Shown here: in pieces, positions 37,342 through 47,610 of the stretch
Layout of the letters: each line of letters starts with the position of its first letter
Numbering within the stretch: position 1 is the stretch's first letter
DNA from: Dehalococcoidia bacterium
GTDB taxonomy: Bacteria; Chloroflexota; Dehalococcoidia; UBA2979
DNA: 64,000 bases
Direction of reading: 5' to 3'
Assembly (NCBI GenBank): GCA_963667465.2
Contig: CAXXDN010000001.1
Coordinates: 192,001-256,000 of the forward strand
Notes under the pieces: generated by a model
Database searches by the model: none
What the model saw: the letters and a program-made list of their open reading frames with translations, nothing else
What the model was told of the DNA's origin: nothing
Position numbers and translations under genes: made by a program

Positions 37342-38790
37342 ATGCGCCTGACCAACACCCTCAGCGGCGCCGTCGAGGACTTCCGGCCCCTCGAGGACGG
37401 ACGCGTCGGCATCTACGTCTGCGGCGTCACGCCCTACGAGGAGAGCCACTTCGGCCACGCCCAGTACGCGATCATCTTCGATGCCTTCATCCGCTACCTG
37501 CGCTGGAACGGCGCGCCCGGCGGCGGCGCCGAGGTGACCTACGTCTCCAACTACACCGACATCGACGACAAGGTGATCGACCGCGCCGCCGCGCTGGGCC
37601 GCGACCCGCTCGACCTCGTGAACGATCAGATCGCGCTGTGGGAGAGCCAGCAGCGCGCGCTCAACGTGCGGGAGCCGGACGTGCGCCCGCGCGTCACCGA
37701 GCACATCGAGACGATCGTCGAGGCGATCGAGCGGATCATCGAGGCCGGCTACGGCTACGCCACCGCCGCGGGCGACGTCTACTACCGCGTGCGCGCGATG
37801 GCGGACTACGGGAAGCTCTCGCACCGCAATATCGAGGAGCTGCGCGCCGGCACGCGCGGCGAGCCCGGCGAGGGCAAGGAGTTCCCGCTCGACTTCGCGC
37901 TCTGGAAGGCGCTGAAGCCCGGCGAGCCGAACTGGCCCTCGCCGTGGGGCGCGGGGCGGCCCGGCTGGCACATCGAGTGCTCCGCGATGTCGCAGCGCTA
38001 CCTCGGCGCCTCGTTCGACATCCACGGCGGCGGCGTGGACCTCGTCTTCCCGCACCACGAGAACGAGGTCGCGCAGGCCGAGGCGGTAAGCGGCCCCGGC
38101 TCGTTCGCCCGGATCTGGCTGCACAACGGCCTCGTGCAGCGCGACGGCGAGAAGATGTCGAAGTCGATCGGCAACGTCGTCACCGTGCGCGACGCGCTCG
38201 AGACCTGGCGGCCGGACGCGCTGCGCCTGTTCGTCCTCGAAGGCCACTACCGGCGCCCCAACAACCTCACGGACGAGGCGCTGGCGGCGGCCGAGCGCGG
38301 CCTCGACCGGCTGCTCGCCGCCGTCCGCGACGAAGGCGCGGCCGCCGGCCCCGCATCGAGCGCAGGTCCGGCCGAGCGCGCCCGCTTCGTCGAGGCGCTG
38401 GAGGACGACTTCAGCACGCCGCGCGCGCTCGCCGCGATCTTCGACCTCGCGCGCACCATCAACCGCGAGCGGGACGCCGGGGCGGACGTGCGCCCGGCGC
38501 AGGCCGAACTGCGCGAGCTGGCCGGCGTGCTCGGCCTGCGCCTCGACGCCGCGGACGACGGCGAAGACGGGCTCGACGCCGTCGCGCTCTCGAAGCTGGC
38601 CGCGCGCCACGAGGTGGCCTGCGGCGGCAGCGATGCCGAGACGACGATCGAGGCGCTGCTGGCGCGCCGCCAGCAGGCCCGCGAGGAGCGCGACTTCGCC
38701 CTCGCCGACGCGATCCGCGCCGACCTCGCCGAGGCCGGCATCGAGGTGGAGGACACGCCTCGCGGCGCGCGCTGGAGCGCGGTGCGGTAG
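37342..38790 (+). CDS. cysS: cysteine--tRNA ligase
   Basis: YVCGVTPY, HFGH, GRPGWHIECS, DIHGGG, KMSKS. Confidence 0.97.
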   Translation: MRLTNTLSGAVEDFRPLEDGRVGIYVCGVTPYEESHFGHAQYAIIFDAFIRYLRWNGAPGGGAEVTYVSNYTDIDDKVIDRAAALGRDPLDLVNDQIALWESQQRALNVREPDVRPRVTEHIETIVEAIERIIEAGYGYATAAGDVYYRVRAMADYGKLSHRNIEELRAGTRGEPGEGKEFPLDFALWKALKPGEPNWPSPWGAGRPGWHIECSAMSQRYLGASFDIHGGGVDLVFPHHENEVAQAEAVSGPGSFARIWLHNGLVQRDGEKMSKSIGNVVTVRDALETWRPDALRLFVLEGHYRRPNNLTDEALAAAERGLDRLLAAVRDEGAAAGPASSAGPAERARFVEALEDDFSTPRALAAIFDLARTINRERDAGADVRPAQAELRELAGVLGLRLDAADDGEDGLDAVALSKLAARHEVACGGSDAETTIEALLARRQQAREERDFALADAIRADLAEAGIEVEDTPRGARWSAVR

Positions 38791-38814
38791 GAGCGCGCTC
38801 GGCCCTGCCGTGAT

Positions 38815-38827
38815 ATACAATGTGTAT
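38815..38827. promoter_or_regulatory. probable mazEF operator overlapping the -10 box
   Basis: ATACA-ATG-TGTAT inverted repeat containing TACAAT. Confidence 0.6.
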
Positions 38828-38842
38828 TCGCGAGGGGGTCAC

Positions 38843-39082
38843 ATGGGCGCTAGATCGCACGTCTCCAAGTGGGGTTCCAGCCTTGCTGTTCGCATACCCA
38901 AGCCCATCGCCGAGCAGTGGGGTGTTCAGGAGGGCTCGGTAATCGAGATCGTCTCGCGCGGCGACGAGGTCGTGCTACGCAAGCGGACATACGACCTGGC
39001 TGAGCTGGTCGCCAGGATGAACCCCGAGAATCAGCATCCTGAACAGGATTGGGGTGAGCCGCAGGGCGACGAGGCATGGTAG
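38843..39082 (+). CDS. mazE: AbrB/MazE family antitoxin
   Basis: KWGSSLAVRIP..LAELV..DWGEPQGDEAW. Confidence 0.9.
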   Translation: MGARSHVSKWGSSLAVRIPKPIAEQWGVQEGSVIEIVSRGDEVVLRKRTYDLAELVARMNPENQHPEQDWGEPQGDEAW

Positions 39083-39417
39083 ACGCTCCCTACGTCCCGA
39101 CTCGGGGCGACATCGTCTGGCTCAGCTTCTCGCCCCAGGCAGGTCACGAGCAGGCAGGCCACCGACCCGCCCTGGTTTTGAGCCCACGTGCGTACAACGA
39201 GCGTTCCAGCGTCGCCCTCGTCTGCCCGATCACATCAAGGATCAGTGAGCACCCTTTCGAGGTTCCCTTGCCGTCCGATGGCCCTGCAACAGGCGTAGTG
39301 CTGGCCGACCAGATCCGGAGTCTGGACTGGCGCGCCCGAGGCGCCCGCTTCGAGAGCCTGGCGCCACGGAAGGTTGTGGGAGACGTCCTGGCGAAGGTCC
39401 ACGTCCTCCTCGAGTAA
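39076..39417 (+). CDS. mazF: MazF/PemK endoribonuclease toxin
   Basis: YVPTRGDIVW, GHEQAGHRPALVLS, CPITS, DQIRSLDW. Confidence 0.95.
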   Translation: MVDAPYVPTRGDIVWLSFSPQAGHEQAGHRPALVLSPRAYNERSSVALVCPITSRISEHPFEVPLPSDGPATGVVLADQIRSLDWRARGARFESLAPRKVVGDVLAKVHVLLE

Positions 39418-39482
39418 GGCGGAGGCTTGGTGCTGGTCGCGACCACAACCGCCCACCGCCGCATCGTGACTCCCCCGTAACC

Positions 39483-39521
39483 TGCCGCCCTGTATCCTTG
39501 CCGCCCTGTATCCTTGCCGCC
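39483..39521. repeat. 16 bp tandem repeat (about 2.4 copies)
   Basis: TGCCGCCCTGTATCCT at 39483 and 39499, partial copy at 39515. Confidence 0.8.
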
Positions 39522-39549
39522 GTGCACGTAGCTCGAAGGTGATTGCCAC

Positions 39550-40719
39550 GTGATCGTTGGCGTAACGGCGGAGTCAGACCAGGGTGAGCGCCGCGTCGCG
39601 CTCGTCCCCGCCATCGTGTCCCGGCTCAGCGACAGCAGCGCCGAGGTGCTCATCGAGAGCGGCGCGGGCAGCGCGGCCGGCTTCGCCGACGAGGACTACA
39701 CCGCGGCCGGAGCGCGTATCGCCGGGAGCGCCGCCGAGGTGCTGGCCGTGGCAGACATCGTCGTCCGCATCGGCGCGCCCGCGGGCGACGCGGACCGCGA
39801 GGGCCTGCGCGAGGGGCAGACGCTCGTCGGGCTGCTCAACCCGCTTGGCAACGCCGCGGGCGTCGCGGCTCTCGCCGAGCGCGGCGTGAGCGCCTTCGCG
39901 CTCGAGTTGCTGCCGCGCATCAGCCGCGCGCAGCCGATGGACGCGCTCACCTCGATGGCCACGATCGCGGGCTACCGGGCGGTGTTGCTGGCCGCCGGGG
40001 CGCTCACGAAACTGTTCCCGTTGATGATGACCGCCGCCGGGACCGTCACCCCTGCCCGCGTGCTGGTAATCGGCGCCGGCGTCGCCGGCCTGCAGGCGAT
40101 CGCCACCGCGCGACGCCTCGGCGCGGTCGTGCACGCCTACGACGTCCGTCCCGCCGTCGCCGAGCAGGTCGAGAGCCTCGGCGCGCGCTTCGTCGAGCTC
40201 GAGCTCGACGCGGGCGACGCCGAGGACAGCGGCGGCTACGCGCAGGCGATGGGCGAGGACTTCTATGCCCGCCAGCGCGAGCTGCTCGGGAACGTCGTCG
40301 CCGAGAGCGACGTGGTGATCAGCACGGCCGCCGTGCCCGGCAGCGCAGCGCCGCTGCTCGTGACCGCCGACGCGGTCGCGCGCATGAAGGCGGGCTCCGT
40401 GATCGTCGATCTCGCCGCCGAGACCGGCGGAAATTGCGAGCTGACCCGCGCCGGCGAGGACGTGAAGGCCGCTGGCGTCACCATCTTCGGACCACTCAAC
40501 CTGCCCGCAGAGGCACCCTTCGACGCAAGCCAGATGTACGCGCGGAACGTCACCGCCTTCCTCGGGCATGTGTTGCAGGATGGCGAGCTCGCGCTCGACC
40601 GCGACGACGAGATCGTGAGCGGCGCGCTCGTCACGCACGGCGGCCAGGTGGTGCATCCGCGGGTGCGCGAGCAGCTGGGACTCCCGGGGCTCGAGCCGCA
40701 GCCCGCAGGAACGGAGTAG
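39550..40719 (+). CDS. pntA: NAD(P) transhydrogenase subunit alpha, part 1
   Basis: ERRVALVP, PRISRAQ, GAGVAGLQA, DLAAETGGN. Confidence 0.95.
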   Translation: MIVGVTAESDQGERRVALVPAIVSRLSDSSAEVLIESGAGSAAGFADEDYTAAGARIAGSAAEVLAVADIVVRIGAPAGDADREGLREGQTLVGLLNPLGNAAGVAALAERGVSAFALELLPRISRAQPMDALTSMATIAGYRAVLLAAGALTKLFPLMMTAAGTVTPARVLVIGAGVAGLQAIATARRLGAVVHAYDVRPAVAEQVESLGARFVELELDAGDAEDSGGYAQAMGEDFYARQRELLGNVVAESDVVISTAAVPGSAAPLLVTADAVARMKAGSVIVDLAAETGGNCELTRAGEDVKAAGVTIFGPLNLPAEAPFDASQMYARNVTAFLGHVLQDGELALDRDDEIVSGALVTHGGQVVHPRVREQLGLPGLEPQPAGTE

Positions 40720-40722
40720 CCG

Positions 40723-41013
40723 ATGGAAGTCTTCGTCGCCGCGCTCACGATCTTCGTGCTCGCGCTGTTCGTCGGGTACGAGGTGATCACGAAGGTGCCG
40801 CCACTGCTGCACACGCCGCTGATGTCCGGCGCCAACGCGATCTCGGGCATCACTCTCGTCGGCACGCTGGTCACCGCCGGCGCGCAACTCACGCTCCTGA
40901 CCACGATCCTTGGCGTCGTCGCCGTGGCGATGGCGACCGCGAACGTCGTCGGCGGGTTCCTCGTGACCCACCGCATGCTCTCGATGTTCCACGACAGGGG
41001 TGACCGTGCCTGA
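40723..41013 (+). CDS. NAD(P) transhydrogenase subunit alpha, part 2
   Basis: LHTPLMSGANAISG, NVVGGFLVTHRML. Confidence 0.95.
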   Translation: MEVFVAALTIFVLALFVGYEVITKVPPLLHTPLMSGANAISGITLVGTLVTAGAQLTLLTTILGVVAVAMATANVVGGFLVTHRMLSMFHDRGDRA

Positions 41014-42412
41014 GCTGAACCCGGAGTGGATCGACCTCTTCTACCTGGTGGCGGCGGTCCTCTTCATCTGGGCGCTCAAGGACATGTCGCACCCGCGCAC
41101 CGCGGTGCGCGGCAACCTGCTCGGCTCCTCGGGCATGCTGATCGCGATCATCGTCACGCTCACCGACCACCGCATCATCAGCTTCGAGGTGATCATCGCC
41201 GGCATCGTCGTCGGCGCGCTGATCGGCGCCTTCATGGCCTACCGCGCGCCGCTCACGGCGATGCCGCAGGTGGTGGCGGTCTTCAACGGCTTCGGCGGCG
41301 GCGCCTCCGCGCTCGCCGTCGGCGCCGCGCTCGAGGAGGCGCTCAAGGGCGGCTTCGTCGAGGCGGTCGACTTCCAGTTCACGATCGCCGCGGTCGCCTC
41401 CGGGCTGATCGGCGGCATCTCGATGACGGGCAGCGCGATCGCCTTCGGCAAGCTGCAGGGCATCGTCACCGAGCGTCCGATCCTGCTGCCGGGGCGGCAC
41501 TTCCTCAACGCGACGCTCTTCACGGTCTGCGTCGCGCTCGGCGTCTGGCTGATCGCCGACTCCGATCCCTCGCTGCCGTTCTGGTTGCTGGTCGCCTTCG
41601 CCGCCGCGCTCGGCATCATGCTGGTGATTCCGATCGGCGGGGCAGACATGCCGGTCGTGATCTCGCTGCTCAACGCCTACTCCGGCCTCGCGGCGGCCGG
41701 GCACGGCTGGGTGCTCAACAACAGCGTGCTGATCATCGCCGGCTCACTCGTCGGGGCGGCCGGCTTCATCCTCACGGCGCTGATGTCGCAGGCGATGAAC
41801 CGCTCGCTGGTGAACATCATCTTCGCCGGCGTCGGCGCCGAAGTCGCCTCGGACGAGGACAGCGACGATGTCTACGCGGGCCGCGTCAAGTCGGCGTCCG
41901 CCGACGAGGTCGCGATGCTCCTCGACGGCGCGCGCCGCGTGGTGGTGGCGCCGGGCTACGGCCTGGCGGTCGCGCAGGCGCAGTACGCGATCCACGACCT
42001 GATGGACCTGCTCGAAGAGCGGGGCGTCGAGGTCGAGTTCGCGATCCATCCCGTGGCCGGCCGGATGCCGGGCCACATGAACGTGCTGCTGGCGGAGGCG
42101 GACATCCCCTACGAACAGCTCAAGGAGATGGACGAGATCAACCCGACCTTCCGCCAGACGGACGTAGTGCTGGTCTTCGGCGCGAACGACGTGGTGAACC
42201 CGATGGCGCGCGAGGCGGACCCCTCGATCCCGATCGCGGGCATGCCGATCCTCGATGTCGATCAGGCGCAGACGGTGGTGATCGTGAAGCGATCGATGAG
42301 CCCCGGCTTCGCCGGCATCCCGAACCCGCTGTTCGCCGCCGACAACACCCTCATGCTCTTCGCCGACGCCCGCGTCGCCGCCAACGAGCTGACGGCGGCG
42401 CTGCGGGGATAG
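41000..42412 (+). CDS. pntB: NAD(P) transhydrogenase subunit beta
   Basis: GGADMPVVISLLN, HPVAGRMPGHMNVLLAEA, GANDVVNP. Confidence 0.96.
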   Translation: MTVPELNPEWIDLFYLVAAVLFIWALKDMSHPRTAVRGNLLGSSGMLIAIIVTLTDHRIISFEVIIAGIVVGALIGAFMAYRAPLTAMPQVVAVFNGFGGGASALAVGAALEEALKGGFVEAVDFQFTIAAVASGLIGGISMTGSAIAFGKLQGIVTERPILLPGRHFLNATLFTVCVALGVWLIADSDPSLPFWLLVAFAAALGIMLVIPIGGADMPVVISLLNAYSGLAAAGHGWVLNNSVLIIAGSLVGAAGFILTALMSQAMNRSLVNIIFAGVGAEVASDEDSDDVYAGRVKSASADEVAMLLDGARRVVVAPGYGLAVAQAQYAIHDLMDLLEERGVEVEFAIHPVAGRMPGHMNVLLAEADIPYEQLKEMDEINPTFRQTDVVLVFGANDVVNPMAREADPSIPIAGMPILDVDQAQTVVIVKRSMSPGFAGIPNPLFAADNTLMLFADARVAANELTAALRG

Positions 42413-42614
42413 GGATTCGGGCGGCGGCACGGCTGAGAGGAACCTTCGGGGCGCCAAGGCTCCCGGAGCAGCAACACTCGACGGAGGCGGGGGTACTGGT
42501 GGACGGCGGCGGCGCGACCTGATCCGTCCGCCGTGCGAGGCGACACCATCGCGCACACTCGCGCCCGTGCGATACAATGGCGCACACGTTTCATACAACG
42601 CCGCGAGGGGGCGC

Positions 42615-42854
42615 ATGGTCGGCAGCTACGTGATGAAGGTCTCCTCGAACGGGCAGGTCTCGATCCCGGCGGAGGCGCGTGCGCGCTGGAAGGCCGACCG
42701 AATGCTCGTCGTCGACATGGGCGATCGCGTGGTGATGCGTCCGCTCCCGCCGGACCCCGTGGGCGCCCTCAGGGGGAAGTACGCCGGGCGCGGGCCAAGC
42801 TCTGATGAGGCTCGCCGGGAGGCCCGGGCCGAGGACGCCGACCGCGAGCGGTGA
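42615..42854 (+). CDS. AbrB-family antitoxin
   Basis: KVSSNGQVSIPAEAR; GTGA overlap with the PIN gene. Confidence 0.85.
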   Translation: MVGSYVMKVSSNGQVSIPAEARARWKADRMLVVDMGDRVVMRPLPPDPVGALRGKYAGRGPSSDEARREARAEDADRER

Positions 42855-43276
42855 TCATCCTCGACACGTACGCGGTGCTCGCGCTGCTGAGGGATGAGCC
42901 CGCGGCGCCACAGGCCCAGGCCTTGATCGAAGGCGACGAAGAGACGGCGCTGACGCTGCTCGGCGTCGCCGAGGTACTCGACCGCCTCGTGCGCCTCGCC
43001 GGCGCCGACGGGGAGCAGGCGTGGGGAGACCTGGTACAGCTCGGGCTGGCCGACTCACCGGCGCTCGATCCTCAACTGGCGGCGAGAGCGGGGCTGCTGC
43101 GGGCGCGTCACTACAACCGCCGCACCCGCGCGCTCAGCCTCGCGGACTGCGTCGCCGCGGAGACGGCGCGACGCCTGGACGCGTCACTGGCGACCGCCGA
43201 TCCCGCGCTGCTCGAGACCTGCGAGGCGGAACGGATCGCGGTCATCGCGCTTCCCGGCAGCGATTCGTCGCGTTGA
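42851..43276 (+). CDS. PIN-domain toxin (VapC-like)
   Basis: IILDT..AEV..LSLADC..LATAD. Confidence 0.88.
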   Translation: MIILDTYAVLALLRDEPAAPQAQALIEGDEETALTLLGVAEVLDRLVRLAGADGEQAWGDLVQLGLADSPALDPQLAARAGLLRARHYNRRTRALSLADCVAAETARRLDASLATADPALLETCEAERIAVIALPGSDSSR

Positions 43277-43302
43277 CCCTCCTCGGACGCCGTTTCTATA
43301 CT
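43273..43302 (+). promoter_or_regulatory. sigma70-type promoter of the tRNA-tuf operon
   Basis: TTGACC, 18 nt spacer, TATACT; the -35 box overlaps the PIN gene stop codon. Confidence 0.7.
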
Positions 43303-43365
43303 TAACTGATCGCACTTCGCCGGTTGGCCGGGTGTGATTGTTTCATGTGCTCCGGCACTGTTCGG

Positions 43366-43441
43366 GCCCGAGTGGCGCAATGGCAGCGCAGCCGATTTGT
43401 AATCGGCAGGTTAGCGGGTTCGAATCCCCTCTCGGGCTCCA
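43366..43441 (+). tRNA. tRNA-Thr(UGU)
   Basis: Acceptor GCCCGAG/CTCGGGC, anticodon arm GCCGA-TTTGTAA-TCGGC, GGTTCGAATCC, encoded CCA. Confidence 0.96.
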
Positions 43442-43501
43442 CTCACTCCCTGCGGGGTCCTGTGGAGACGCGCGGGGTGCGGATGCCGGGCATCGACGCC
43501 C

Positions 43502-43587
43502 GCAGGGGTGGGAGAGTGGTTAATTCCAGCGGTCTGTAAAACCGCCGCCTTACGGCTACGCAGGTTCGAATCCTGCCCCCTGCACCA
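43502..43587 (+). tRNA. tRNA-Tyr(GUA)
   Basis: Acceptor GCAGGGG/CCCCTGC, GCGGT-CTGTAAA-ACCGC, long variable arm, encoded CCA. Confidence 0.95.
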
Positions 43588-43653
43588 GTCGCACGCGCTA
43601 CCGGGACTGGAACGCAGCGTCCCGGCGGTGGGTGGCGCCAGAAGCGGAGATGT

Positions 43654-43729
43654 GCCCTCATAGCTCAGTCGGTAGAGCGCGTTCTTGGTAAGAACGAGGT
43701 CAGCGGTTCGAATCCGCTTGAGGGCTCCA
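43654..43729 (+). tRNA. tRNA-Thr(GGU)
   Basis: Acceptor GCCCTCA/TGAGGGC, CGTTC-TTGGTAA-GAACG, encoded CCA. Confidence 0.96.
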
Positions 43730-43805
43730 CCACAGCATCAGCTACAGCAGCGCCGCCGGCCGGCAGGAAAGCCTGGGGGCGGCGGAGGGGAACGGGAGTC
43801 GAGGG

Positions 43806-45005
43806 ATGGCGCGAGGCAAGTTTGAGCGGACGAAGCCGCACGCGAACGTGGGCACGATTGGCCACGTCGACCACGGCAAGACGACGCTGACGGCGGCGAT
43901 CACCAAGGTGCTCGCGCTCAAGGGCGAAGCTGAGTATCGCGAGTTCGACTCGATCGACAACGCGCCCGAGGAGAAGGCGCGCGGCATCACGATCGCGATC
44001 GCCCACGTCGAATACGAGACGGACGCGCGCCACTACGCGCACGTCGACTGTCCCGGGCACGCCGACTACATCAAGAACATGATCACCGGCGCCGCCCAGA
44101 TGGACGGCGCGATCCTCGTCGTCGCCGCCCCGGACGGCCCGATGCCGCAGACCCGCGAGCACCTGCTGCTGGCGCGCCAGGTCGAGGTTCCCGCCGTCGT
44201 CGTCTTCCTCAACAAGGTCGACATGATGGACGACGAGGAGCTGCTGGAGCTGGTCGAGCTGGAGATGCGCGAGCTGCTGGACGGCTACGAGTTCCCCGGC
44301 GACGAGGTGCCGATCATCCGTGGTTCGGCGCTGGCGGCGCTCGAGTCCGCCTCGACCGACCCGGACGCCGAGGAGTACAAGGCGATCTGGGAGCTGATGG
44401 AAGCGGTGGACAGTTACATCCCGCAGCCGGAGCGGCCCAAGGACCAGCCGTTCCTGATGCCGATCGAGGACGTCTTCGGGATCAAGGGTCGCGGCACGGT
44501 GGTGACGGGGCGCATCGAGCGCGGCGTCGTCAACGTGGGCGACCCGATCGAGATCGTGGGCATCAAGGAGACCGAGACCACGGTGGTGACCGGGGTCGAG
44601 ATGTTCAAGAAGATTCTCGACACCGGCGAGGCGGGCGACAACGTCGGTTGTCTCTTGCGCGGCATCGAGCGCAGCGACATCGAGCGTGGTCAGGTGCTGG
44701 CCAAGCCGGGCAGCATCACGCCGCACCGCCGCTTCTCAGGCGAGGTCTACGTGCTCTCGAAGGAGGAGGGCGGCCGGCACACGCCGTTCTTCACCGGCTA
44801 CCGGCCGCAGTTCTACGTGCGGACCACGGACGTGACGGGGGTGGTGACGCTGCCCGCGGGCACGGAGATGGTGATGCCGGGCGACAACGTGACGGTCGAC
44901 ATCGAGCTGATCACGCCGATTGCGATCGAGGACGGCCTGCGCTTCGCCATTCGCGAGGGCGGCCGCACCGTCGGCGCCGGCGTCGTCACCGGAATCAACG
45001 AGTAG
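43806..45005 (+). CDS. tuf: elongation factor Tu
   Basis: [34 protein letters not shown]. Confidence 0.99.
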   Translation: MARGKFERTKPHANVGTIGHVDHGKTTLTAAITKVLALKGEAEYREFDSIDNAPEEKARGITIAIAHVEYETDARHYAHVDCPGHADYIKNMITGAAQMDGAILVVAAPDGPMPQTREHLLLARQVEVPAVVVFLNKVDMMDDEELLELVELEMRELLDGYEFPGDEVPIIRGSALAALESASTDPDAEEYKAIWELMEAVDSYIPQPERPKDQPFLMPIEDVFGIKGRGTVVTGRIERGVVNVGDPIEIVGIKETETTVVTGVEMFKKILDTGEAGDNVGCLLRGIERSDIERGQVLAKPGSITPHRRFSGEVYVLSKEEGGRHTPFFTGYRPQFYVRTTDVTGVVTLPAGTEMVMPGDNVTVDIELITPIAIEDGLRFAIREGGRTVGAGVVTGINE

Positions 45006-45051
45006 CAACCAGGAACGCGGACGCGGGCGGGACGCTCGGGGAGCGGACATC

Positions 45052-45213
45052 ATGGCCAAGGGAGACCGGGAGCACATCACGCTGGCGTGCACGCAGTGCC
45101 GCTCCCGCAACTACCACACGCGGAAGAACCGGCGGAACGATCCGGAGCGGCTGGAGCTGCGCAAGTTCTGCCGCCGCTGCCGGGGCCACCAGCCACACCG
45201 CGAAACGCGGTAG
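45052..45213 (+). CDS. rpmG: 50S ribosomal protein L33 (zinc-binding form)
   Basis: [21 protein letters not shown]. Confidence 0.95.
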   Translation: MAKGDREHITLACTQCRSRNYHTRKNRRNDPERLELRKFCRRCRGHQPHRETR

Positions 45214-45255
45214 GCTGGCCCCCCGGGCCGAACAGACAGCCGAACGGAGCCATCG

Positions 45256-45588
45256 ATGGGTCGAGCGCTGCGCAGGCAGCAGGAGCGTGCTCAGCGCCGC
45301 CAGCAGCGGCAGCAGCAGCGCGCCGCGGCCTCGGGCGGGGGAGGTGGTCGCGGGCCCTCGATGAGCGTCTCGACGCCTGCGTCGGGGGACGCCCGGCGCG
45401 GACGGCGCTGGGTTCCGCGCTGGATCGCCGACATCTTCAGCGAGCTGCGCAAGGTCACCTGGCCCACCCGCCAGGAGGTCGGCTACCTGACCCTGGTCGT
45501 CGTGATCGTCTCGCTCTTCTTCGGGGCGGTCCTCGGCCTCGCCGACCTGGGCTTCGGCTGGCTCATCGAGAACACGGTGCTCCGCTAG
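45256..45588 (+). CDS. secE: preprotein translocase subunit SecE
   Basis: ELRKVTWPTR followed by one TM helix; located before nusG. Confidence 0.92.
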   Translation: MGRALRRQQERAQRRQQRQQQRAAASGGGGGRGPSMSVSTPASGDARRGRRWVPRWIADIFSELRKVTWPTRQEVGYLTLVVVIVSLFFGAVLGLADLGFGWLIENTVLR

Positions 45589-45655
45589 TGGCGGCGCACG
45601 GACAGGGACGAACGAGGCGCGCGGCGGAGCACAGCGGCGCGCACGTGGAGGCAGC

Positions 45656-46300
45656 ATGACCAGCGAACGCCACCCGCCACCGCCGCCCGCGCCGCCTAAT
45701 CCGTTCACTGCGGAGCTGGAGGAGCGCGCCGGTCAGGTCGCCGCTCCCACCGTCGTCGAGGAAGACGGCCGCGCCTGGTACATCGTCCAGACCTACTCCG
45801 GCTACGAGAACAAGGTGAAGAAGAGCCTGGAGCAGCGCATCCAGCAGATGGATATGAGCGACCAGGTCTTCGAGGTGGTGATCCCCACCGAAGACGAGAT
45901 CGAGATCCGCGACGGCCAGCGCAAGACCGTCTCCCGCAAGCTCTTCCCCGGCTACATCCTGGTCCAGATGCTGATGGGCGACGACTCCTGGTACGTGGTC
46001 CGTAACACCCCGGGCGTCACCGGCTTCGCCGGCGCCAGCTCCGACGAGCGCTCGCGGCCTCCCGCCCTCGAGGACGAGGAAGTCTCGCGCATCCTGCGGC
46101 AGATGGACACCGGAACGCCGAGGATCAACGTCGGCTTCGCCGTCGGCGAGGCGGTACGCGTGATCGACGGTCCATTCGTAGACTTCGTCGGCCAGGTCGA
46201 CGAGATCAACCTCGACAAGGGCAAAGTGCGGGTCATGGTCTCGATGTTCGGCCGGGAGACGCCGGTCGAGCTGGACTTCCTGCAGGTGGAGAAGCAGTAA
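45656..46300 (+). CDS. nusG: transcription termination/antitermination factor NusG
   Basis: WYIVQTYSGYENKV, FPGY, KOW motif, FGRETPVEL. Confidence 0.97.
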   Translation: MTSERHPPPPPAPPNPFTAELEERAGQVAAPTVVEEDGRAWYIVQTYSGYENKVKKSLEQRIQQMDMSDQVFEVVIPTEDEIEIRDGQRKTVSRKLFPGYILVQMLMGDDSWYVVRNTPGVTGFAGASSDERSRPPALEDEEVSRILRQMDTGTPRINVGFAVGEAVRVIDGPFVDFVGQVDEINLDKGKVRVMVSMFGRETPVELDFLQVEKQ

Positions 46301-46303
46301 CCA

Positions 46304-46729
46304 ATGGCGAAACGAGTACGCGCACTGGTCAAGTTGCAAATCCAGGCGGGGCGGGCGAACCCCGCGCCGCCGGTGGGTACCGCGCTGGGCCCGCACGGCA
46401 TCAACATCATGGACTTCTGCAAGTCCTACAACGCACGCACCCAGGCACAGCAGGGACAGATCATCCCAGCCGTGATCACCATCTACGAGGACCGCTCGTT
46501 CAGCTTCGAGCTGCGCACGCCGCCGGCCTCGGACCTGCTGCGCAAGGCCGCGGGCGTGGAGAGCGGCGCCGCCAACCAGCTCACCGAGGTGGTCGGCTCC
46601 GTCACGCAGGACCAGGTGCGCACCATCGCCGAAACCAAGCTCGTCGACCTCAACACCGACGACATGGACGCCGCCGTGCGGATCATCGAGGGCACCGCGC
46701 GCTCGATGGGAATCGAGGTGAAGCCGTAA
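46304..46729 (+). CDS. rplK: 50S ribosomal protein L11
   Basis: [19 protein letters not shown]. Confidence 0.98.
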   Translation: MAKRVRALVKLQIQAGRANPAPPVGTALGPHGINIMDFCKSYNARTQAQQGQIIPAVITIYEDRSFSFELRTPPASDLLRKAAGVESGAANQLTEVVGSVTQDQVRTIAETKLVDLNTDDMDAAVRIIEGTARSMGIEVKP

Positions 46730-47445
46730 TGGGCAAACGAGGCAAGCGCTACCGCGAGGCCGCCTCCAGGGTGGATCGCCATGAGCTGTACCAGCCAGAC
46801 GCGGCGCTCAGCGCCGTGAAGGAAACCGCCACCGCGAAGTTCGACGAGACCGTCGAGCTGCACCTCCGCACCGGCCTCGACGGCCGCCACGCGGAGCAGC
46901 AGATTCGCGGCGCGATCACGCTGCCGCACGGCCTCGGCAAGGAGCAGCGCATCGCCGTCTTCGCCGAGGGCGAGGGGGCCATGCTCGCGACCGAGGCCGG
47001 CGCCGACCTCGTCGGAGCGGACGAACTCATCGCACGCGTCGCCGACGGGTTCACGGACTTCGATGTCGCGCTCGCGCAGCGCGAGCTGATGGGCAAGGTC
47101 GGCCGGCTGGGCCGTGTGCTGGGCCCGCGCGGCCTGATGCCGAACCCGCGCAACAACACCGTGCTCGAGGCCAACGACATCCCGCGCGCCGTCAAGGAGG
47201 CCAAGTCCGGCCGCGTCGAATACCGGCTGGACAAGACCAACTACGTGCACGCGCCGATCGGCAAGGTCTCCTTCAGCGACGAGCAGTTGATGGAGAACCT
47301 GAGCGCGCTGCTCGGCGAGATCGTGAAGTCACGGCCCAGCGACCTGAAGGGCCAGTACATCCGCGCCGCCACGCTGACCTCGACGATGGGACCGGGCGTG
47401 CACGTCGAGCTGGCGCCGCTCATGGCGCTCGGCGCCGAGGGGTAG
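46729..47445 (+). CDS. rplA: 50S ribosomal protein L1
   Basis: KFDETVE, LGPRGLMPNP, STMGPG. Confidence 0.98.
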   Translation: MGKRGKRYREAASRVDRHELYQPDAALSAVKETATAKFDETVELHLRTGLDGRHAEQQIRGAITLPHGLGKEQRIAVFAEGEGAMLATEAGADLVGADELIARVADGFTDFDVALAQRELMGKVGRLGRVLGPRGLMPNPRNNTVLEANDIPRAVKEAKSGRVEYRLDKTNYVHAPIGKVSFSDEQLMENLSALLGEIVKSRPSDLKGQYIRAATLTSTMGPGVHVELAPLMALGAEG

Positions 47446-47494
47446 CGGCACAGCAGACAACCCGGAACCACGAGCGTTCGCGCGTAAGCGCGGG

Positions 47495-47610
47495 CGCGGT
47501 AGAGACTGTACGGGCGCCCAACGGGCGCGGACACCGGAGACCACGGGTTCCAGCCGGGCGGACCGCCCGGACGGAAGAATGGCCGCAGGCCGCCCGTGCA
47601 GGTGGGATCA
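47495..47610 (+). promoter_or_regulatory. ribosomal protein L10 leader (autoregulatory RNA)
   Basis: AGACTGTACGGGCG pairs with CGCCCGTGCAGGT upstream of rplJ; position and shape fit an L10 leader. Confidence 0.65.

Noticed and set aside
39483-39521. 16 bp tandem repeat as a pnt regulatory site
   Set aside because: Equally explained by replication slippage; no palindrome or known operator match.
43366-43729. tRNA genes as attachment sites of an integrated element
   Set aside because: No integrase and no duplicated tRNA 3' end were seen in the window.
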